This document shows, piece after piece, positions 55,579 through 64,000 of a stretch of DNA of 64,000 nucleotides. Under the pieces are notes generated by a model, which was not told the origin of the DNA, searched no databases, and worked only from the letters and a program-made list of their open reading frames with translations. This stretch comes from Amoebophrya sp. A120 (lineage: Eukaryota > Protista > Dinoflagellata). How positions within the stretch are numbered: position 1 is the stretch's first letter; the number at the start of each line of letters is the position of its first letter. The translations under genes were made by a program, and so were the position numbers. The stretch covers positions 672,344 to 736,343 of the forward strand of contig CAJINV010000013.1 of the NCBI GenBank assembly GCA_905178155.1, written 5' to 3'.

Positions 55579-58500
55579 ATGGCAGCCGGAAAGAAGAAGT
55601 CGAAATCCGGCGGTGCCTCTGGTGCTGCCACCGCGCAGCAAGCCGGAACAAAAGCCAGTAAACAAACCGCTTTCGCCGGCGTGCTTTTCCGGAGAAACTT
55701 ACTCAATTTGAAGATCGAGCGGTTGCTGCAGCAGATTGAAATTCCGAAGACCGAGATCAGCAAGATCGAACCCACGTTGCACGAAGTCTACAAATTACTG
55801 CAGGAATGCCCGGAGCGCGAGTTCGGGCTCGAAAAATTCGGCGAGCAATTCGACGAAAACTTGTTCCATTTGTACAACGACTACAGTGAAGATAAAACTC
55901 CAGCAAGAACTTTTGCTTCATCTGGCCGCGAACGGGAGGAAGCGAACGCGACATCAAACAAGAACAAAACGTTTCACTTCACCGCGCCGAAGAGAATCGA
56001 GGTGGTGGGCTCTTTTCTGTTGAAGACCATGGTCAAGAAGCAGGTGGACTTGGCAGTGTTTTTACCGGAAAACCTCTTCCAGTCCAAGGACCACGTCAAT
56101 TATCGATACGGTACGTTGTTTTGTCATGGTATGGCCTACGTTCGCTGGTCTAGTCTGATGCCACGAGCGTGGTCTTCCATTGATGTCAGTTGCGCATATT
56201 ACGCAAACGCTTCCGCTTCCTCATTCCTATGTAGATGTGATTCCTGTCGTGTGTATTTTTGACATATTATTTAAGGATAGAATGAGTTGTGCACCTGTTT
56301 GAAATCGCTACAAAGCGAAGAAAAAACAACCATACGAAAATATACTTCTACACGATCCATCTACAACAGCTGACAAGCGCACTGCGTACCTGGCCGTCCT
56401 GTACCAGTTTCTGTGCGAGAAACTGCAGCCGTCGGAGGGAGCAGATTCGACGAAAAATCCGGAGAGGACCAAGCATTTGAACGTCGAGTACATCGACGGA
56501 AATCTTTACCGGCCGGTCATCGTGCTGACCACAAACAACTGGAAGCTCCGCATTCTCGGCACGGTGGAAAACGAAGTGAAGTTTCCCGATATGAAATTGC
56601 AACTTTGGAAAAACGGCTTACGACCGAAATTCGACGTGCCTTCTGTTACTGCGCATCATCGAAACGTCGAGCAGTATCTGCCCGCGACGCCGTTCTACAA
56701 CAGTTTGTTGCTCGAGGACCTGTACGCCACTCGCGTTCTGCATCTGCAGCACCAAGCGATCGAGCAAACGCCGGAGCTGAAGTACGCGATTTTGCTGCTG
56801 AAACGCTGGCTCATCGTGCGGGACCTGTCCGAAGAGCTCCATTGCCCCATCGGCATCCTGGCCTGCCACGTGGTTTTGGGCGGGGGTAACAATACCACTT
56901 CAGGGGGAGCAGGAGCAGTTGTAGGCAACGTCCTCGGAGCGACAGCGACAGGTAGCAAGAAAAATTCTTCTCTGCTCAAATTGCGGGATCCGATGCAGAT
57001 CTTCAAGGCGTGCTTGAATTTCATCGTGAAACAGCAAGAGAAGTACGAGGAAATCAGGAATTCGATCGTGGAAAAGATATTGACTGCGGAGGAGACCGAA
57101 GCAAAGGGGAGTACCAGAACCGCAGGAACGGCTGGCAAAACCGAAACGGAAGCGGAGAACAAGACCATGCTAGAGGCCGATCGGGTGAAGAAAGCACAGG
57201 AACGGGAGGATCGGAAGGCGCGATTTTCCGAACTGCTCAACGAACTGCCGGAGGACAGTGTGTTTCAGCAAATTCCAAAGCATCACTTCGACGGGTCGGG
57301 CGGCTGCCTGCAGCAATTGAAGAACAACGGGGGGCTCTCGTCGAAAAACGCCAATGCTGGCTCAGCAGCTGTAACCGCAGTGGCTTCCCTGGAAGAGCTG
57401 CTGCAAGCGGATCATACCAAGAAATCCTCAGGAGCAATGTCGGGGGCGAAAAGTACGAATAGTGCAGCAGGAGCTGGTTCCTCCAGCGGAAAGAAGGGTC
57501 AGCCGAAAGAAACTTCCGTGGAGCAGGGCATGCGCCTGACGAAGGTCAGGTTTCTCAACCTGTTCGTGGGTGAGTTGAACATTTTCCAGAAGTTTCCCCT
57601 CCCACTGCTGGAAGAACTCGCCTTCGAAGCCAAACTGACGCTGAAGACCTTGGACAGCAGCGACGTGGTGATCGGAGGTGGACCTGCTTCGACAGCACGA
57701 GCGACCAAACCAAACGACTTTGCGTTCGAGCAGACCTTTTCGGTATTGCAGCGCCCCGAATTTCACTGGGACCAGAAAATTGTTCTGGATTTACCAGAAA
57801 CCGGAAGCACTTGCTTGAATAGAAGTGCCCGACTACATGATGATCATGGTGTTGGACAAAGGAAGGGGAGGACAGCTGCACAAGAAATTTCTAGTGAACC
57901 ATCGGACATTGATCAAAAGCTGTCAGCGTCATCCTCCTCCGAGGCCCCTGAAAGTGTGCAGGCGGTGGAGAAAGCCGTCACGTTATTGCGGAAAGGTCTG
58001 GGCCAGTCCCGATTATGGCGGGTTTTCGTGCGATTTTGCAACGGTACAAGTCCACAACCGGAGAACCGGGAAATAAATGACGAGAAGATCAGCGCCAACA
58101 ACAAGAAGAGGAGAACCAACAACCGCCTGCAGGCCATCATTGGTTTGAAGCTTCAGTTTCCCCGTGAGGCGGAGAAGAAAATCCTGCGCGGCCCCTCGGC
58201 CGACGACAGTGCGAATGTGAAAAAGTGGCAGCAACTTTGGCCGGCGAAGAACCTGGAAGTCCGGCGGTTCCGCGACGGAAAGATCCAGCAGTGCGCGGTA
58301 TTTTCCGACAAGGAGAGGCCGCTGTCGATCCAGATCGTCGACGCGCTGTTGGAAAAACATTTTCCAACCAACGTCCTTGTCGACGACGAGAGGACCACCT
58401 CCAAGAACATCACGCAAGTGGATGGGAAGGATGAAAACACAAACGTCTCTACTTCGAAAAACACGAAGAGCAAGAAGCGCGGCAAGCAGGTCGACGTAGT

Positions 58501-61160
58501 TCTTGACAGCACAACTTCAGCATCTACTTCGCCCTCGACTTCTACTGCGCCAGCGGTCGTACCTTGTCGTCGTCCGCTCGCCCGGCGGTGCGACCTGGGT
58601 CCGGAGCCGGTCTCCGCGCACAAGCACGCCCTTGGGCTGGCCTGCTGGAAGGACTTTGAGGAGCTGAAGGACATGCTGCTGAACAACACGGAGATGGAGC
58701 TGCCGCTCCAAATCTCCCGCGTGTTGCCCTCCAGCAAGGGGTTTTCGTACAACTACGCGGAGGTCGTAGATCCTTCTGCTTTGGTGGAAGCAGCAATTAC
58801 TGCGGTACTAGGAAAAGATCAGACATCTCTAGCTCAAGCCACCCGTCCGGATACTATCACGTTTCAGAACAGCGAGAAGTTTCTGGAGCATGTCATTATC
58901 GAGTTCGAGTGGTCGGCGCTGTGGCCTCGCGACAGCGAGCAGGCGATCCAGGTGTTTCAGGGCGCGTTTCTGCTGGAAATCAAGAAACAACTGGAGGAGA
59001 CGAAGCAAGTAAGAGCGGAGGTGGGAACGGAGTTCGTCCTTGATGGTGCAACTACGAGAAGGGCAGATGATGTCTTTAAAACCTTGCCAAACGCAAACGC
59101 TCTCCGCACGGCACCTTCTCAACAACAAGCATCTACTTCCAGCACTTCTATCCCCCGTGCTTTCCTGGACGTGATTTTCCCGAATCGGATCTTTCGCATC
59201 CGAATTTTCTACCCCTACGCGCCCTCGGTCACGGAGAACGCCCGGTTTCTGACGTTCGGCGCCCAAGTCAAATCGAAGGACATCATGGACGTTCTGCGCG
59301 TCCACGAGAAGAAGGATCAGAATAGTACAGATGCCGGCTCATTGAAAGCAGCGACAGAAACCGACGGAACCGGAGGCGCTGAAGACGCTGGTGGTAGTGA
59401 AGCGAAAGATGATCAGTCTTTACCAGGAGACATGAAAGAGGCAGAAGAGCAGGGGCTTTGCTCTGCCGAGGAGATCCACGCCAACAACCTGCTTGCGGAC
59501 GCGCACGACCGGCTTCATGAGCTCCGCGAGAAGTGGTGGCGGCCGAAGATCCGCCAGGCCTTCCACACGCTCGCCCTGCAGCAGCCCAACTTCTGCAAGA
59601 CTTTGCAACTCGTCAAGAGGTGGCTGGCCGCGAAGTTGTTGCTCACCGCCGACGGCGGGTCCACAACTTCCTCTTCGCAGCAGCGATACGAGGACTTTTT
59701 CGAGCACCTCACTGCCTTCGTCTTTTCGCAAGCCAGTTCCAAGACGTGCTTCGCCGGGTTGCCAACCAGCGCCAACGCGGGGTTTGCGCGGTTTCTGTGG
59801 ACGGTCGTGCACGTCTTGACCGGGGAGTCCCTACTCGTCTTGGAAGACTTCGGGTTTGCGCCGCCGGAAGTGGAAGGTAAAATGATATATCTTCAAAACT
59901 CACATTTCGAACTACAGGTCTAATAGATACTGAGTCGAGTAGCTAGCACTGAAAATAAATGAGATTTTCAACCTTCCACTCGAAATCTAGATCTACATTA
60001 TCGTAGCAAAGGGGTCATCAAGAAACTCAAAATCTTCATCGCATCGATATCTTTCAGGTGCTGAAACTGGTTTGGCGCAGGTGGGACTTTCTGCCAACAC
60101 GACAAACCATTTCAATCCCTCCACGGAGCAAACACAACTCACCGAGGAGCAGCTCCAGCTGCTACAAAACAGCTACGAGCGAAGACGTGGGAACAACAAC
60201 ACGAGCGGGGGTAGTTCATCGAGCTCGTCCTGCAATTTGGTTTATTGCCTGGTAACTCGCTACGACCCGCACGGAGTGTTCCTGCAAGTCCCGGGCCAGT
60301 CGTACCTCGCAAAGTTGAAGGAGCATGCCGTCGAGGGACTGCAGCTGCTGAAGGAGCACAGTTTTAATACTACTGGTGAAATTTTCCCAGCAGCAACCAC
60401 GTGGTCACCACCAGGAGCATCGTCTTCAAGTAGTCCAGTGGGTCTATCTTCACCAGAACAAAATACGACTCCTCACAACCCGGCAGCGAAGAGAAGAAAA
60501 ACCACTTCTTCTATCGACGATGCAGCGAAGGTGTTGAGTGTCCTCGACGAGGAGAACAACAAACTACCTGGCTCAACAGCAACATTTCAGTTATGCAGGC
60601 AACTCCTCGCCTCTCCGAGACCGGAAAAGTTCGACCTGCAGATTCAGATTTTTCCGTTCAAGAGGAAGCAAGCGCAAGCCTTGAACCGCACGCATCCCTT
60701 CTTCACCGACTGCTGTGCAGAGTTGCTGAAGGAAGTTGGAAGCAGCTTTGTGGAAAAAATGAAGCAAAAATACGGCTCCTGGGCTACGTTTTATTTTGCG
60801 AACAACAGTAGAACATCAAGTGCCGCTGTGCGCGTCGTGGAGGAGAGCAAGGCATCCGCAGCTTCTATGACGATCGCGGTGGAGTGGAGAATGGAAGCCT
60901 TCGAACAAAGCGGGCTAACTACATCGCAAACTGATGAAGAACAGCACTACGACGTCGACCAAAAAATGAACAGCAGAAGCGCGAAGAACATGAATTCTGC
61001 TAGTACGAAACTGAACAAGGCAAACACCCTGAAGCGGTTGATGTCCCGGGGATGCAGCTATGGTGCGGGTTCTGCGGCCGCCCTGCCCGATACGGACCAA
61101 CTGTTGAATGACGTGAAAATGTGGCTTCATGGAATTCCGCACAGGGTAGTTTTTGCGTAG
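55579..61160 (+). CDS. NOL6: Nucleolar protein 6 / U3 snoRNA-associated protein 22 (Nrap family), about 1713 aa, 3 exons
   Basis: Exons 55579-56110, 56370-59876, 60058-61160 (GT-AG introns, 5142 nt in frame). Nrap motifs VVGSFLL..VDLAV..KDHVNYRY..KR..YLA, ATPFYNSLLLED, RGPSAD, EVRRFRDGKI, IEFEWSALWP, LVKRWL. Confidence 0.88.
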
Positions 61161-62120
61161 AGTAGATAACAAGAACTGGTGGACATGAGTGCACATTAAA
61201 TTTGACACGCTTCTGCAATGAACAACAGGTGTTGCCTGCGCGCAAGTATGTATACTGACATCGACGGACTGCTGCAATAGAGATCATGACCAAGACAATC
61301 CTGAAGATGATTTGATTTGTTAAAAACGTCAAAACTACTGCTTGTATTCTGAAGTCGAAAACGGGAGGTGAGACTTTTGATCGTCCTCTCCTCTCTGACC
61401 TCTGCATCTACCGTGTATCCCTTTGTTCGAACACGAAGACAAATGTGAGATGCAGCGAGCGTGATGTTACCAACCAGTGTTGAAAGAATAATACCATCAT
61501 GATCGGTCAGCAGCAGCAACAGCACGAATATTAGCACTAGGATGAAAAGGAACGTACAATTATAGATACTCTACATGCTCTTGCTCGGTATCGTGCGCAA
61601 TGCCTTGCTTGTATCATGATTTCGGTTTTTGGAATTGTATCGTGTCGTGCCTGTCGTACACAATGTGGTCGTACAAACTGATGTTTCTCATGATTCGTGC
61701 AGCATGAAAGGGTTACTTACCCGTTTTGTCGTGGTGCAAGCGTGTCGGTATCGTAGCGTTGGTGGATCCGTTCCACTATACCTCACTAATGTCTGTGCGT
61801 ACATTTTCGATAAAAGCAAGCTTGTCGGTTCTTTTTGGTCGTCGACTACAGTCCGTCGTGAGTCATGTTGGCGAGGACATTCGGACTTGGCATACTTTTA
61901 GTTGCACCATATTGATATTGGCCATTTACTTTTGGCGTCCTTTGGACGCGACCACGAGAAGGCCATCGCTTCTACGACTTTATTTCTTTGTTGGTACTAG
62001 GAGTTGCATTTGTTTGTACGTCTACGTTTTGAATTGTCCGGCAACAGTGACTGTGACATGCATGGATACAAGTACTGATTTCAATATATGACTTCTTGTT
62101 CTGGAAATCCAAGTCAGAAT

Positions 62121-62407
62121 ACACACACACACACACGCACACACGCACACACGCACACACGCACACACGCACACACGCACACACGCACACACGCACACAC
62201 GCACACACGCACACACGCACACACGCACACACGCACACACGCACACACGCACACACGCACACACGCACACACGCACACACGCACACACGCACGCACGCAC
62301 ACACGCACACACGCACACACGCACACACGCACACACGCACACACGCGCACACGCGCACACACACGCACACACGCGCACACGCGCACACACACGCACACAC
62401 GCACACA

Positions 62408-62501
<94 letters not shown>
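62121..62501. repeat. Compound microsatellite (CA)n > (GCACACAC)n > (GCAC)n
   Basis: Directly visible; source of the spurious RACV/THAR ORFs. Confidence 0.95.
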
Positions 62502-62502
<1 letters not shown>

Positions 62503-62550
62503 CTAAACCCTAAACCCAAACCCAAAACCCAAACCCAAACCCTACCCTAG
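62502..62550. repeat. Degenerate interstitial telomere-like repeats (CCCTAAA/CCCAAA)
   Basis: CCTAAACCCTAAACCCAAACCCAAAACCCAAACCCAAACCCTACCCTAG. Confidence 0.7.
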
Positions 62551-64000
62551 ATCTCTTACTTTTTGAATTTCAATTTTCGCGATCGGGTCACAGGCGTTTG
62601 CTTACTGGTATTAATTACCGAACAGGTGGTTTCACTTTCAACTTAAGCAAGACAATCTCAAGATGAGTACTAATTATGTTTTCCAAATACAGATGATGAA
62701 GTGATCAGATGTGCGCATTTTTGCGCAAAATTCTGATTTACCATCGATCGATAGACAGGTTTTAAAAAATCCAATTTTTCTGAGATCTTAGCCAAAGTAG
62801 CTATAGATTGACACTAGGTTTTTTTGTTCGACTTTCGCTAAAAACACGTTAGAAGAAGGAAAACCCAACCGACGGATTCATTGCCACGTATCCGCAGTAG
62901 CAAACAAACAGCCAAACAAGTCTGGAAAGGCAATAGGTGCAAGAAGATGACGAAGTGAAGGCGTCTTGATTCACCACGTACTCCCGGATCGCCACGAATC
63001 CAAAACGAGTTACAAGAAACAACCAGACAAGTAGCTTTCTGCTTCAATACAAAGCAAAACTATATCAAAATTATACTTCCAAAACAAAATCAGTGTCTAC
63101 TCTACAACCTCTATGTCTTTTCAAGCGAGCTTATGAACTGTTTGTACTACATCAGTTCCTTTTTTCGCAAGCTTTTCAATACAAAAAAAAAGATAAATTG
63201 AAGAGTGTGTAGGTCTTCGTCTTGTGGTGAGATATAAAAACTTCTGGGATAAAGCTTGCGCAAGTCAGTGGCCACCGGGCGCGGGTTTAGTCGCGAGAGT
63301 TAGATTACCATTACCAGTCTTCCACTTCTCATGATCATATAAGGCTGGCGCACGTGCATTGTAGTGCGAGTGAGTGAATGCACGTTGAGAAAATCATGTG
63401 GGTAATGGTATTGTAATATGACATTTGTGTGATTGTGAGATGACGATAAGCGGAGTTATTAAGATAAACGCAAAGCGAATATAATTTCGCAACTACCCTT
63501 GTTTGTGGCCCTAAGAAAAGTACAACTCTGGCGAGTTTCTATGTTAATGGAGTGTTCTTTCGTTTGGAGATCATGATCATCTGTGTGCGTCTTCCGCACG
63601 AGGACGAGCGAGCCGAGAAGTTTTCAAGTTCAACAGATAGAGATATGCTTTGCATTCTAGGATTTCCTAACAATATGCGACCACAGGCTTTCTTCTGTGT
63701 TGTAGTTGTATCGCTCATGATAATGATTTTAAGAAGCGCACGCTCGCGTCGCTCAGTTTCTTGAGCAGAGGATCCCTGTTGTGTTTCTGTGCCCTTCTTT
63801 AGACAGGGGCAGCACCAGTAGCACCCGATAAGCCGGATGCCGGAGCGCAATCATAATTGATTTTATTAGGTAAAATTAATAACTAACAGGGATATTATCA
63901 CACCAGCAAAAAAAAACAAATTGTTCTTTTTTGTTGTGATGTGTTGGAGCTGCAGCTGTGCAGCGGTTTAAGAAGACTGGGAAGAACGAAGCAGCGCCAT

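Noticed and set aside
61972-62525. RACV/THAR repeat ORFs on both strands
   Set aside because: Translations of a stop-free microsatellite.

Overview
Eukaryotic, gene-dense DNA with every recognisable gene on the + strand. The architecture is consistent with a parasitic syndinian dinoflagellate such as Amoebophrya; this is an inference from intron style, unidirectional gene order, low-complexity proteins and TTTAGGG-type repeats. The main signal is 20 introner-like non-canonical introns, all within the first 30.2 kb. Each is 127-435 bp (one is 1550 bp), almost always starts TAT and ends ATA, has terminal inverted repeats, and is flanked by a perfect or eroded 5-bp direct repeat. Removing each element plus the 5 nt after its right end rejoins broken ORFs in frame. 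Reconstructed genes: an F-type-lectin/mucin membrane protein, a PAN-like membrane protein, WDR93-like, an EEP-family hydrolase and an ACT-domain protein. A RING protein and NOL6/UTP22 carry only ordinary GT-AG introns in the parts modelled. The window also holds a full-length but frameshifted Ty1/copia LTR retrotransposon (521-bp LTRs, ATAAA TSD, in-frame UGA between gag and protease), several long intronless low-complexity ORFs, and a compound CA/GCAC microsatellite joined to degenerate telomeric repeats. All gene models were built by hand from frame logic and have no transcript support.
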